DNA of 61,842 bases, filler included, from Choristocarpus tenellus KU-1152 (taxonomy: Eukaryota; Protista; Phaeophyceae): the NCBI GenBank assembly GCA_964200185.2. It is 11 parts of 11 records of this genome, joined end to end, with 100 filler letters (N's around TTAATTAATTAA, not from the genome) between each part and the next. Parts side by side here need not be neighbours in the genome. Positions count along the whole stretch, not along the records: positions 14,469 to 25,962 come from CAXNAD020002287.1; positions 26,063 to 30,558 come from CAXNAD020014290.1; positions 30,659 to 40,719 come from CAXNAD020003175.1; 8 more parts are not named here. One strand, given 5' to 3'. Every line of letters starts with the position of its first letter. Within the stretch, counting starts at the first letter, position 1. A program made the position numbers and the translations under genes. Below the pieces are notes generated by a model, which made no database searches, had not been told where the DNA came from, and saw only the letters and a program-made list of their open reading frames with translations. Positions 23,223 to 36,700 of the stretch are shown here, piece by piece.

Positions 23223-25888
23223 TCCTGATGTTTATATATGTACAGAATGAATAACCAGAGATTGGAGTATCAATTGGTCTATTTGATCCATAGGAGATAG
23301 CTAGCTCAGACTTGTTTCCACCCGTTTCTCCTATGCATGAGTACCTTGTGAGGAACACATCAGGTGATCCCCATGCCTGACATTTGGAGGGACAAATGAA
23401 ATGAATCCCATAGCCAATGAATCCCAGAATAAGTCCGTCGATGGATATCAGTCCCTCTTCTACATGATCAATACTCAGTGCTTTTGAGTTGGATTGTGTT
23501 ATTGGATCGACTGGATTATGTGGGCGGTGTTGGCGGGGGGGGGGGGGGGGGAGCTGTTGGTTGGGCTGTAACTACTCTTACTTCTTTTTTTTCTGTGTTC
23601 AGTCGGGGGTTGTAACATCAATTAGATATTTGAGTCACTCTCTGTTTCAAGTTGGCCTTGGGAGACTACATCGTGCGTGAGAGGTGGTGGTCTGGCTTGG
23701 TGTGGACATTGAAAGGAATGAATGTCACGTTCTTGTTTGTTGGGTAGCTGGGCTATCATCCGGTTGAGGCTTTTCGGGTGGGCAACTTTGTTCCATCACC
23801 GTGGTTCTTTATTTTTTATATATTTTTGCTTATTTATTTTTTGTGCTGGTACAAAAAAATACTCAGAAATAAAAAAAATGATCCACCAGGGGATCTGAGT
23901 TTGATTTTTTATTTTTCTACGATCTGTATAGTGTATACTCTTTACTGTATACTGGATAATGTATACTGACTGTATAATGTATAGTGTGTTACGTCTTTTT
24001 TTCCCATTTTGGAGGCCAAAAACAAAATCACATAAGAGACAACAAACACATAATGTGTATGTATTTATTTGAAGGATAAGATTGGATTCGAATGGGTTAA
24101 ATCCAGTAAGTTGAATATACACAGCATAAGGGAGTGTTGAGTGGATAGGTGAATGACAAAGCTTTTTTTTTTTCTTTCATCTCAATGTATATATATATAT
24201 ATATATTTATTTATTTTTCCCTCCCCTCTTTCCCCCTTCGCCCTGTGCAACCATCTGGCAATGGATGAGCACTACCAATGCTCCTTAAAACAGGGTGACC
24301 TGACTGAACCCAACCAACAACCGACCCACTGTCATGTTTGGGTTCCTTTTATTAAAAAAAATAAAAACAAAACCTTTTTTTTCAACAGCTCAGGAAAGTT
24401 GAGACCATTGCAGAGAAGGGCCTGGTAGATATCGCGGAGCTCCAAGAAAAACTTTCCGAGGCGAAGGCGGGGCAAGCAGAGCTGGAGAAGAGACTAGCCA
24501 CGGCTGAGGCTGAACAAGCAGAGCTCCAGGACAAACTGTCCAAGGCAGAGGCTAATGGGACGGAGCTCCAGGAAAAGCAATCAAATGCTAAGGCCGAGGG
24601 AGCAGAGCTTGAGGAAAAGCTGTCCAATGCTGAGGCAAAGAGGGTTGAGGTTGAGGAAAAGCTGTCCAATGCTGAGGCAAAGAGGGTTGAGGTTGAGGAA
24701 AAGCTGTCCAATGCTGAGGTAAAGAGGGCTGAGGTTGAGGAAAAGCTGTCCAATGCTGAGGTAAAGAGGGCTGAGGTTGAGGGTAGGCTGTCCAGCCTCG
24801 AGGCTAAGGGGGCGAAGCTGGAAGAAAAGCTCTTGGCCGCAAACGCATTGGTGGAGGACTTGGTGTCCAGCAAGGAGATCAGCGAGGGGGCAGGGGAGGA
24901 GGCACGGGTACAAGTGAAGGAGCTGGTCGAGGTGTCTTCTGATCTGGAGATACGCCTGGCCAAGGCGGAGAAAGAGGTGATTGAAGATTTTGATGTTTTT
25001 TTATTGTTGTTGTTATTATTGCTGTTACTGTTAATATTGTTATTGCTATTAATATTTTATTATTATTATTATTATTAAATTGTGTGTTGTTTGTTGTCAA
25101 TGTATTGTACAGTGGTGCTGACTTGTTTTATCTGCTGGGGAATCATTTATGATTTTTATGTGTGTGGAGCGCCGTCGGAAAAATGTTTGATTTTTTTTTT
25201 TGGTGTACAGCGATAGTATAGTAGATATATTTTTATTTTTTGAATTTTTTGAACTCTCGTGAGTGATGGTGTGCTACTGTTCTACTTGAGAGGTCTATGA
25301 TCGCCGCTTGTATTCTAAGCTAAACTTTCTGGTATACTGGTACTCTCTTGAAGTGGCCGTTCTTGGGGATAGGGTTAGGGTTAGGGATGTGTTCCGGCTC
25401 TGCAATTGTCATCGCTGATGCCATCGTTGATATGCCTAGTCATGGGCACATAGGGTTATGTTATGGAGTAGTCTCTACCTAATCTTCGGTGTGTTGCACT
25501 AACCCCCAACACCCCCTTTCCCTAACCCTAATCCTAACCCTACGCCAACCAAAACTGCTGTGATGTTTTTCTATATCCATCTCAAATCCAACCCCAAGCC
25601 TAACCCTAACCCTAACCCTTGCACTAACGACAGTACAGTTCGGTAGGTCAATTAGCAACACAACCATCTCCCCCCCCCCCCTAACCCTCCCATCACGAAA
25701 CTTGTTCCTGTGCATGTGCTTTGTTGGGTTTTGTAAAGCTTGCAGAGGCGAAGAAGCCCAAGCCGCGATCCCGTGCCACTGTAAGGTCTGTGATGGAGGA
25801 CATTCACCAACTGGCCTCTGATGTGTGGCACCAAAGTGGGGTTGCCATGAATGCTCTTCTCGAGTGGGCTGGTGAAAAGTTCAATGAG
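19957..25888 (+). CDS. Signal-peptide-bearing long coiled-coil protein with 14-aa tandem repeats; 3' end cut by a linker
   Basis: Exons 19957-20244, 20966-21292, 24389-24976, 25739-25888, all phase 0. Signal-like LVVGVILLLAVVNLSHG-Q, heptad-rich E/K/A sequence, and (E/V)EEKLSNAE(A/V)KR(V/A)E repeats. Confidence 0.75.
21657..21699 (+). repeat. Interstitial telomere-like (TTAGGG)n; others at ~23149-23163, 25369-25386, 25520-25620 (CCCTAA), 60373-60384, 60840-60860, 61622-61640
   Basis: Runs of ttaggg/ccctaa read directly, mostly within introns. Confidence 0.85.
22586..22690 (+). repeat. Minisatellite, 7 x 15 bp (ctcttgat[t/a]ggtg[g/t][a/g]) with alternating 30-bp higher-order period
   Basis: Read directly; lies in an intron of the coiled-coil gene. 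Confidence 0.9.
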
Positions 25889-25943
25889 GTATTTGATCGG
25901 TGAATGGGTTTCTCATTAGGGGAGGGGGGAGGGGAGGGGTGTT

Positions 25944-25962
25944 GGGTCAAAGTATCTTGGGG
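25944..25962 (+). mobile_element. TIR of the shared MITE group at a contig end
   Basis: gggtcaaagtatcttgggg immediately before the linker. Confidence 0.7.
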
Positions 25963-26062
25963 NNNNNNNNNNNNNNNNNNNNNNNNNNNNNNNNNNNNNN
26001 NNNNNNTTAATTAATTAANNNNNNNNNNNNNNNNNNNNNNNNNNNNNNNNNNNNNNNNNNNN

Positions 26063-26850
26063 AACGGCGGGAATGGAAAAGAAAATTGAGCCCGCGCGGG
26101 CGGGCGCGAACAGGCCTGGGCACGCAAAGGGGAGGGGGGGGGGGAGGGAGTGGAGGGAAGGAGGGAGAGTAGTCATTCTCAAGTGTAGTCCTTTCCGACC
26201 AAAGGTCAAGTGAGGTGCAAACCAAGACACCGCCATACCTTGCACGCAAAACACTGGTAAAGCCTTTCGTACGATTGCGTTTCGGTGGGGCCGTGGACTG
26301 AAGAGATATTTCAAAACGCACTGCGAATCAATTCGAATCTAAGATTCAATTCGAATCTAAGATTCTTTTCGATGCGTACTCAATTTGGACCGAAGCACCG
26401 AAGGGTGAGCGCGCGAGGTGAGGCGGACATGAGCAAACGCCGAGCAATGCAAGGGTAGGTACTGGAAGTGAACTTGTGCAACACACATATAACACACATA
26501 TAACACACATATACTCGCGATAATAAAGAAAATAACCAAAGGGCTTCGATCGTCGTCGTGACTGGTGTTGATGATAGATTCAAAGAATTTGAATCGGTTC
26601 ATTTTACTGTCACCATTCACAACATTCAACATTCCAATCAAACTACTTTCCGGTCGTGGCGAATCTCTCCCTGCCCCCCCCCCCCCCACCTTCCCTCCAA
26701 ACTCAGAAAATAAAAAGGAAAGCGCTACACAGTTCTTTGAAAACATGGGAGTGCACCACGATTGAATCCACTGATTCGAACCCGTAGATTGATATGCGTC
26801 AGAAAAAATGTACCACAGGCATAAACACATACACAGTACACAATGTACCT
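26063..26850. mobile_element. CpG-rich putative young non-autonomous DNA transposon fragment, apparently within an MCM5 intron
   Basis: Abruptly CpG-rich, with an internal tandem repeat (caattcgaatctaagatt)x2. Ends ...tgtacctg (5'-CAGGTACA on the minus strand, hAT-like). The other end is lost at the linker. Confidence 0.3.
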
Positions 26851-27806
26851 GCAAACCATATGTGTACGCTTACATTCAAAGGAGTACATACACAATAAGA
26901 CAACACTGTGGGCATTCACATGCCGGAGAACTCAGCAACGTAACACTCAGTATTCAAAAGGAGAAAAGGCTGCTGCAGGTACCAACTCCGCTTTTCTCGC
27001 CTTTTCCTCTAACAAACGTGCCCAATCGACAAGTTTGTCAGAGGTCAACGACAAAGCACATAATAGCAAACCCAAGGCCTCCTCCTTTTGTCTCAAAATA
27101 CAATGTTGTTAATAGCAGTAGTGCTAGCTTACTCGAATCTCCTCTTCGAGCGAGATGTTTTTTATTGGGAACAGTTTTTTCTTGGAGCCTTTTACTTTTC
27201 ACCACACTAATAACGCCATCTTTCAAACCCCTCACAGAGGCCTACAATGCTATACAAGCTTGCAGCACATGGAGCAGGATCTTTGGTTCAACCTGTTCCT
27301 CCTCTGAAACGAAGCATCCACGCTTACATCACAAACCCAGCAGACAACAAAATAAACACCATCTCTGTAGTCAATGTGACCAGCAGCAACAAACATGTAG
27401 CAACCCGAACGTGCTCTGTTAACTATAAAGTGACTAGTTCTTTGTTGTTAAGGAAGGGAATAGCCGTTGCTTCACTCCGCTAGTTCAAGTATTCTGAAAC
27501 ATTAAGCCCCTTGTTGCGCTGACTCATTTCTTAGGGTCGGCCCGCACATATCTATTGCAGTCCTCTATTCTGAAGTATTGATCGCCAAGCGCTCAACTGA
27601 CACCACACCCACAATATCCCTTTCTACAATCAGAACCTCTTCGATCATCACCATGCAGCATCCAGCCAGCAATGGAAGCATTCTCAATCTACGGCACAAA
27701 GGTCACACACCAACCAGTGCAATACACCCCAACTCTGTTGTATGACAGACAAGACACAGAACATACATTGATGTACTCGGGAGTACTCATACGCATTTGC
27801 ACACAC

Positions 27807-28962
27807 CTGAATCTCTGGCAAGGCTTCTCCTTCCCTCCGATCTGTGGTGAGCTGGGACAGAGTCTCTCGGGCTGCCTGCAACAGTGGATTCACATGTAGT
27901 ACGCAAGAACCCCATGGGTAGATGGGCGCAGTAGGGAGAAGGAGAACGCGACGAGAGGAGGGATAGCGCTGTAGTGCTAGTGAAATTTGGCGAATTTATG
28001 CATGTATTTGTAGGGCTGTGCCCATGAGTGCTTTTGTGTGCAGGCACTTTCTTACTATTGATATTGATGGAGCGCTCTTCTTGTGTGCATTTCGCACATG
28101 GGTGTGTCCACTGTATCAAAGGACAGGAACCGTTCATCTTCCCCTGTCAACGTTAGAGGCTGCATACCTCCTCCCATGGCAATAGAGGGAGAGAAAACGA
28201 CAGCAGATACCCTAAAAAAACACGCACGCTTAGGGTTCCTAGCAACGACCCAACGTGGAACGATGGACAAGTTCATCCTCCGAACAAGGACTACTTAGTT
28301 CGACAAGAGACAGCTAAAAATACAAATTGATTGTGTTTCTAACCGCACAGCTATCGAGAATTTATGGGAAAGAAAGATAAAAAGAGTGGACCAACCTCTT
28401 CGAAGAGGGGAAGAAACTCCACTGGGCGAAGAGTCAGCAGATCCAGCAGTTCCGGCTTAAACTCGTTTACGTGCCCGATGTTCACCTCAAGGAATGGCTC
28501 CCGCTTGCGATAACGTTGCAGGAGCTGGACGAATAAAGGGATGGGAGTGCGGAGGAATCGGATACATGGAAAATTTAAACGAGATCAATCCCTTGACTAC
28601 AGGAACGAACATTCGAACGGATACCTTTCTACGTCATCGGGGAGCTAGGATCTTCACACCTCTCATTGTCTAAGGCAAAAATATTGCAGAGGAGAGTTAA
28701 ATGTGACGCAAGAAATAGAAATTATGGTACTATCGTTCATGCATGGCACATGGGGTGTTTCGCGCCAGTATTCGCGGCCTTGCACAGACGGAATCAGCAC
28801 CTGGTCACGGTACGGAAACAAGTTTCCCTGCCTGTAGCTACGGATGAACTCCCGAAATTGACGTTTAGTTTCCTTTGGAGAGTAAATTTCCTCCTCGTCT
28901 TCCTGCCCAGGCCCAACTAAGTTCTGGTTGGTGTAGGTAATGCGATCCTCGTCATAGTCCAT
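27807..28962 (-). CDS. MCM5: DNA replication licensing factor MCM5, first three exons (rest not on this contig)
   Basis: Exons 28962-28801, 28524-28396, 27875-27807 give MDYDEDRITY...KRQFREFIRSYRQGNLFPYRDQ|LLQRYRKREPFLEVNIGHVNEFKPELLDLLTLRPVEFLPLFEE|AARE...LPEIQ, the MCM5 N-terminal domain pattern. Confidence 0.88.
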
Positions 28963-29374
28963 GCTTTGGGGGGGTGCTTGTAGGGTTTCTATCGACTACA
29001 AGCCCGAGTCCAGCAAGAGAGATATTGCAGAATCGACGGAACCAGCTCACACTTCAAGCGATATTTATTCGTAAATACTTATGGTGGTGGGAAGGAGGTT
29101 TCTGTTACAGCTGGGTGGAGGTCAACGACCTTAGGAAAGTTGGTGTATCACTTGGATTTGTCTACTTGGATATTTCAAAAATATTACCTAAAATGCCTTC
29201 CATGCCTAATCTATCTTATGCATTTTCTTACATTACATTTTTCATGTGTAGTTAGTAGCTGTAACAGTCGGTTCTTGTACTAACAATAACAGTATTATTA
29301 ATAATACCACATTCTTATATAATTATAGTATCAGACTATTGGCATACTTCCCTACCTCTTCATCCTGTCGTGTA

Positions 29375-29555
29375 TGGCTAAGCTAGGTTGGAGGCATAGA
29401 AGGAGAGTGGTGTATCATAGCTGATAGTCAAATAGTAAATAGACTATGGAAAGATATCTTTCACGTTTAAAACAACTGCTACTTTTACAGGGGTTCTTAC
29501 GATAGTTAATTGGCTTTTCCCCTCACACATCTGCAAAATCTAAGAGGGAACAAAA
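29375..29555 (+). repeat. Interspersed repeat, second copy at ~52742-52915
   Basis: ctaagctaggttg(g/a)aggca...ggtgta(t/g)cata...aaatagtaaat...caactg(c/t)tac...caaaat(c/g)t(a/t)agaggg is shared between the two loci. Confidence 0.75.
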
Positions 29556-30432
29556 ATATACTGTAATAATGTTGTGCAGGAGAATAATATTTTTGTTAGA
29601 TGAAATTGGATATGAAGAAAAATGTGATATTAACATGGTTGAAGTACCGACACAATGGGATCCCCCATTCACTCTACCAAATGTATAGTAGTAGTGGTGG
29701 TGGTGACTGGGCACGTGGACATGTGAGGCTTTAAAAGTTTTTGAATGAGGAATAGGGACCTCCGAACACGTAAAATTTGACTTACACCCCTCTCTGTCCT
29801 CTTTCTCCAATCACCAATGTATGTTGTCCTGTAGTACTATCTGAGATGGACTATTCTTTTAATTCTTCTTGAAGGCTAAGTGTGAATAGGGAAGATTACC
29901 TGGAATCACCATAAATTGCACCTCTTCTATCATTACTAGTACTACACTTACTATCTATGTAAATGAATGAAGGAGAGAAGGTATGTATGTATAATAAGAG
30001 GACACAAACCAATACAACATATTTTGTTAGTTGTGGCCAGGTGACACCTTGTGGTGATGAAGGGCACTAGGTTATGTAACACATTGTGGCATTCTGGGCA
30101 ATCCAACCCATACTCCAAGTGCATTCACATGCATCCATGCATGCTTACTCACGGGCAAGAAGTCAACAACAATGTAGAGAACCTGCCTGTATCATCTTTG
30201 GGATGGAGAGAGAAATCGATGACAGGTACCCCCCTCTTTAGAAAAAAATAACAAATGGTGAGGTCTCGACTGAAGGCTCAATGGATACGCTTGCTTACTC
30301 CAGCGAAGGCTCAGTCCACTACTGATAGCTACATGTCTCCATAAATTAACATAGTAGTAAAATCGCCATAATATTAAAACCAACTGGCTCGTACTTGCTC
30401 AATTTCAAGTGGGAGTCAGAATAAACTGTATA

Positions 30433-30558
30433 CAGTACCTACACCTATTTTATACCAAATATTATGTACCAAATCCAATTTATTTTTGTACCGCTTTTTT
30501 CGATATACACCAAAAAATAGGCTTTTAACAGGGGCTTCGCAAAATTGAGGATGGCGCG
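30433..30558 (+). mobile_element. Terminus of a pogo-like (Tc1/mariner) element, cut by the contig end
   Basis: TA|cagtacctacacctattttata... matches the terminus at 50977 (reverse) next to pogo transposase remnants. Confidence 0.8.
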
Positions 30559-30707
30559 NNNNNNNNNNNNNNNNNNNNNNNNNNNNNNNNNNNNNNNNNN
30601 NNTTAATTAATTAANNNNNNNNNNNNNNNNNNNNNNNNNNNNNNNNNNNNNNNNNNNNGATCTCCCCCTCAAACCCACCCACACCCGACTCACACTCAAT
30701 TCGACAG

Positions 30708-33700
30708 GTTTCTCCCAGCCCTGTTGCGCGTCCTTCCCTTTGCTGAGGAACTGAATGGATCTTTCCGTCCAAAGCAACCAGTGACAGACAGGTGTCTACC
30801 TCACTCAAGGAGTGACAGCTCTGCGGTCTGTGGGGGGGTGATCTCAATTACGATTTCTTTCTTGGTACTTTTTCTTGGCACTATTGTGATGCTGTTAGTG
30901 TGCTTTAGTAGTGCTCAGTGTTTTTTCATGGGTGAAGGAGAGCTGGTGGAGAGGCTCAGCCAGTCTCTGTCTAGTCTGTCATGCTGAAACCATTTTTTAT
31001 TTGTGTTTTTTTATGTTGGTTGTGGTTGTTTGTTTACGTCTCTTTGAATTATATATACATATTGACTGAGCCTATGGTATGTTCTCGCTGGGAAATGATT
31101 TTGATGGGGGGGGAGATAGTAGTAGGGTTAGGGTGAACGTTGTTTGTTACACCTGTTTGAAGGAATGCAATTGGACATATTTGGGGTAACAACGGATGTG
31201 TCCAATGAGAGACTCACAAGGCACACTCCATTGCTGCCTCGATAGTGCAGATTTCCAACACTGTGAGTGGATACGTTGAAGGTTCTTTGGTAGGTGAAGG
31301 TTTTGCTCTCTTCTCTTGATTTATTTCAAGGTGTGAAGGGGCGTGACAGTGCCTTCTGCCCATTCTTGACCATCCCCAACCCCCTGCTTTCGTGCTCTAT
31401 TCCAATAAAAGCATGAATATTTTGTCCAAAATTCACACAATACGTAAACGCCTATATCCAGAAGAGCTTGATAGGACATGTGCTCCTTTCTGCCTCTTTC
31501 GTGTTTTATTTTGTTGCTCATAGTATTATTTATACCACATTTCAACATCTTGTTTGTACTCCCACCCTCACCAATAGACTGTTAATAGTCCAAAGTTGTT
31601 GCAAATTGTAGAAATTCCGGCATTGACTGAACGGTATGACTGTGAAGGAAATCAATGGTGGTAAATACAACTGAGTATATACCATCATCGGTATATGTAA
31701 ATATCGGCAGTATAATATATGATGTCATACCGATCTGCCGAAATCCCCACTATCTGGTTGGCGGAAATGTCATGATTTGGCTTCAAAATCGTCAGCCTAA
31801 AATAAAAAGGGCCACAATTGGTGCCCTGGTCCAAAGTACCATGATCTGCCAAGTACATTGCATGTACTCCAAAAAGTTATTGCAGAACACAATCATGTTG
31901 AACACAATCTCCTTCTTTCCCCCCCCACTTCCCACTCCTCCGGTTCCATAGCCTGTACCATCGCACTTGGATTCTGAAGTATTTTGGAAGGTCATCCATC
32001 TACTCTCGTATAGACCTCAATCGCAGAATTTTCCTAGAACTTTTTATCTTTTTCATTGCCTATGATTTCTCTATGCCCCCCCTCCTCTGTGTCCTCATCA
32101 CTCCCATCTTTTTCTTCTATGTTCTCCTGTTTCATTGCGGTCCCCTCCCCCATCCCCCTATTCGTTCTTTTCTGCACAAACACACACAACACACAACACA
32201 CACATGTGCCTTTTCTCGTGTCAGTTTCCTTTTCAATTGGCTGGACTTGCTGGCCTTCTCACTGTCCGGCCTGGACGCTGAAGGCACGAGCTGTGCAGCT
32301 ATGTCTTATGTGCTCGGGGACTTGCATCGAGAGGGGGCTGTCCTAGGTGAGAAGATCCCTCCTCCCTTTTGAAGTTTTTTAGTACAAACAACTTATTGAC
32401 TTGTTGGCAGTTCAAGCTGGAGACATTGACATTGAAGGGGTGTTTGGAATCATTACCTGAGAAATTACTTTAGAAAGGTATGGCTTGCGCAAGAACAAGC
32501 TGCAGCTTAAAGCCAATTTGGGCATCGATTTGAAAAGTCATCCTCAGTTTTTCCTCACAAGGTTGGTTGCTGATGGTGTTGGAGTCGAATCGCCTTGGTT
32601 CTTGCGGCATGCATGTGGGTAGAAAAGGGTGTTGTTCCTCTAGAAATTGTGTTGTGTGTTCATGTGCATGTGTTTGGAAGGTACCTCATGTTTTGAAGTC
32701 GTTATGCCGCCTTCCTGTGCTTTTTTGTGTTGCAGTGAAGTGATTGCATAATTCGGTTCATGTGAGGGTCACGTGCTCCCACCATTGTATTAACTCATTA
32801 TGCAAGAGGCCCCTGTAAGACTTGCCTACTCCTTCCTTTTGATATTGACACCCCAGTAGTGTCCTCAGACATGATGGCACCTCAGTTATGTGTTCCTGTT
32901 GTTCGTATAGGTCCCCCACTCATGTGATCGGCATCCTTTGTCAAAGATCCAGCCCTACAGTATCATGTCAAGTAGGGTGGCATTGATTTGCAGGAGAGAG
33001 CATTGGGTACCAAGGGGAGGTGGCAAGCAATGCGATGGTCCTTTGGAACAAGAGGAGATTGATACTATCATTGCATTAAAACAGCACTCACACTGATACC
33101 ATTGAAGAGGGGAGTGTTGTTGATTTCTAAGGGACCCTATGACTCCCTTATGGTACATGTGGTTTGAGGACAGTGAAGGGCACTTTCAGCTGAATGTGTG
33201 TTTACAGCTAATCTTCGACAGTCACACTGTCCTAAGGGGGGGTGTAACTGCATTTCATGCATTGGTATGGTGTATATTGCGCAAGGTTCAAAAGGGAATT
33301 GAAACCCCAAAAGGACCAAAATCGACCCCTCTTAGATGGTTTCGCTCTGACACACTTCTGGTGCCTCCTCTGCTTCATCCACCAAGCTCACCTGTCAAGA
33401 GTCCACCGTCTTTGCAGAGACTATCCCCTCTCCCCAGCGTTATAGGCCCTTTGTGTGTTTACCGCCCACCCCTCTATAATAATATCCATGCGTGCACTTG
33501 CATGACCCCACATTCATCCCTGTGCCTTCTTATCCAGACTACCCTGTTGGGGGTAGTGGATCGATTGTGTCAGCGCTGGTCAACGCCTTGAAACGTCACG
33601 GGGGCGAGCTAAGACTTGGCACACATGTGGAGCAGGTAAGGCTGTAGGGCTGTAGTGTACCTTTGTCCCACATAACCATGGTTTCAGTTACCTTTTACAA

Positions 33701-36700
33701 GTGTGTACGCTTTCTTATGCATACTGTTGCAATCAGATGAAGACATGTTTGTGTGTGTGCAAGCTGTGGAGCTTCACACTCTCTCCATTTGCCCATTTCT
33801 CCTCCACCAAGATGAACGCGTGTTTCCAAAGTGGAAGTTGTACTGTACAACTGTAGAGTCGCAGTTGATGTTTCTTTGTGGATAGTTTTATGTTTTTTCA
33901 AGGTTTTGACCTCCTGCAGGAACCAAGGACCATTTTAAATACTTCGAAATAATGCAGTTTTTGAGAGGATTCTTGTACTCTCTTGTTGTTTTTGTCATGT
34001 GCAGCAGTAAACTGTGATTGGTCAAATATGAGCTGAAAGTACCCTTTGGTGACATGGGAACAGGTTGCTTTTGCTGGATCTTGACCCCGCTCTATTTGCC
34101 AAGTAATTTGGCACTTGTATTATTTCACTCTGTTGGTTTAGAATGCATATGCTTCAAAGCTAGAAGGCTCTTAAAGTTCATTTAATGTGATGTGATGCTG
34201 TAAATGGTTGCAAACATGAGGAAAAGTAGTGTGGGCATTGATGGAGACTTCCAGTCCCCCAACAGGACCCATCCCCATTGTGTGGGAGAGGACGATTCAC
34301 AGTAATCTAAGTTGTCTCCTCCTATGTTGTACAATTGTTACTCAAGAGGGTAGAGTTGACAATGGAAAGTTGCTACAGCAAATGTCAGTCAAGTTTTTGA
34401 ACAACATTTATCCGCCCCTCCACTACTTCATCTTATCACTTTAACCCATACTGTATAGTCAGTAAAGATATTACAGCATCCCAAGATCGCCCCATGCAAT
34501 ACCAAACCGTGATGATTCCTGTCTTGCATATCCCCTCACTTGCTGGAGGTTTTGGTAGAAAATGGACGGGCGGTGGGTGTCAAGGTGGCCAAGGGGGACA
34601 AGGTCATTCGGGCCAAACGTGCCGTGGTGATGGTGAGTAGCATGAGGGAGAAGACTGTAACCAAAAGTATATTGTTATTATTGTGTTTAGTTCATGCATG
34701 TGTACACTGAGATTTCAAAGTGTGTGTGCCCACGAAGTGAGAAAAGGACGATGAATAAGAGTTAAGGAGATGCTAGGGGTTGATAAAGGTTAGTATTGAT
34801 TCTATTCAGTTGCACTCTGCAGATAATATATTCCAAAGTATATATATTTCTACATGGTACTAGTATAGGTGGAAGTACTATTAGTAAGGAGCAGTATCGG
34901 TGAGGTTAAAGTTCACTTTGGTTCTGGAAAGGCGGTTGCAGGGAGTGGAACAAAGAAGAATTTCAAGGGTCAACTAGTAATCAAAATGGCCGAACTGTTG
35001 TGAATGGTGTATGCCTACCCCTGTGTGTTGATGTGTGCCACAACACACCCTGCATCACAAGAACATAATGTGATTATAAAGATTAGTGATGCACAAGAGG
35101 CATTCAAGGTAAGTATGTAGCAGACTGGTGTACGTTTGGGTGACTCCAGTGCCAATAGGACATCTCTAGTTGATCTGTAATGTAGGGTAGGTACTGTGTC
35201 CACCCAGATCTGGCGAATGTCCTACTGATTTACTGGGGCAAACATCTTACTCCATACATATTTTTCCATTGGGGCGTCTCTGCTTGTCCTCTCGAAGTCC
35301 CTTTCCTTGCCTCTCACCCTGCCTCCCCAATCTCAACGGTCTGCTTGCCCTTAACTTGCGGCTGGTTCAATTTACTCCCCCATGGGAAACCAAGAACGCC
35401 GACAGGTGGGCTGCAATGAAGCTACTTCCGGAAGGAAGTATTCCTGATGCCAAGAGGTGATGTATCAATTCATCTGAGGTGTTGCCAGGAAGTTCAAGTG
35501 CTGTAGGCAATTTAATATGTTCTCAATAGCTCACAGCTCCCACACACAGTATCGTGCTCCGCTTGAAAGAACATAGTGTAGTGTAGATACTTTACTAATC
35601 TGCAGTTGCATGTTGTTGTATGTGTTGGCGTATGCAGTGTGCTTTTAACTTGGGTACGCAAGATGTGATGAAGAAGAAACGGCTTGTGTGAAGGCTCAGT
35701 GTATTTTTTTAGGAGTAGTACTCGTACTGTGATAGTAAAAATAGGTATAATCGATTAATCGGACTTTTTCGGTTCAGTTATTTTTTAATGGTTCCAATTA
35801 ATCAAACTGAATCAATTTATCTGTTGCGATTCACAACACTACAAAATAAAGATGCTGGCAATTAGGTGCCATCCACTTTGATGCTCTATACCTGATCTGT
35901 AGGGAGTGAGATAACAGATAGGGAGGGGCCAAGCCTATTACAGTTTTACTACTGGTCAAGCGACTATTCAGTACCCCAAAACACCTTTTTTTGAAGGATA
36001 TGTAATTTCGGTTTAGTTGAAATCACCTCAGTGGTAAATGTTACTCCTAGCCTGATGACAATTTCCCCCCACCCCTGACCCTCCCCTACTCATCCAGCGT
36101 TACAAAGTTTTAGCTTAGTTGACGGTACTTTATAGCTACAAAAGATCTGTTGGTGGTATATGTGGGATTGGTTGTACCGTTCTGCCCAAATGCACAGCGT
36201 TATACTGCTCCACCAACCTCCGATTTCTTCTTGGCAAAATTCCAGAATTTTCCGGACTAGTCAGCACTCCTCTGGGCTATATGCTTCTATTTATAGTATG
36301 CTGTACTGGTCACTGAATCTGGATCTGTCTGGTCTCTGCATTACCTTCCTCGCCCTGACCCTTTCCTCCTCTGTTGCTACAACATAATTGCATACACTAG
36401 GGAAGAGTGTGATTCCACTCCAGTGACAATGAGCTTCATGCACCTGCACCTGGGGATAGAAGGACCTCTTCCTGTCGGCACTGATGTAAGAGTAGCTGTA
36501 CTCAAAAATGTACAATCAAGATTTGTGCTTTGTTGTGTGTGTGTGTGTGTACGTTGCATTGGACCTCTGCGGTATGGACGGTGGTTACACCGGAGGATGC
36601 TTCCCATGCATTCATTGTAGGGCTTCTCTTTTTGAAAATGCATTCATTTGAGCAACACAGGATTTGATGACTGGAATTCACTCGTTTTTTACCGTCCCAT

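Noticed and set aside
24382-24963. 193-aa Ser/Ala-rich minus-strand ORF
   Set aside because: Antisense shadow of the + strand coiled-coil exon, which has proper splice sites.
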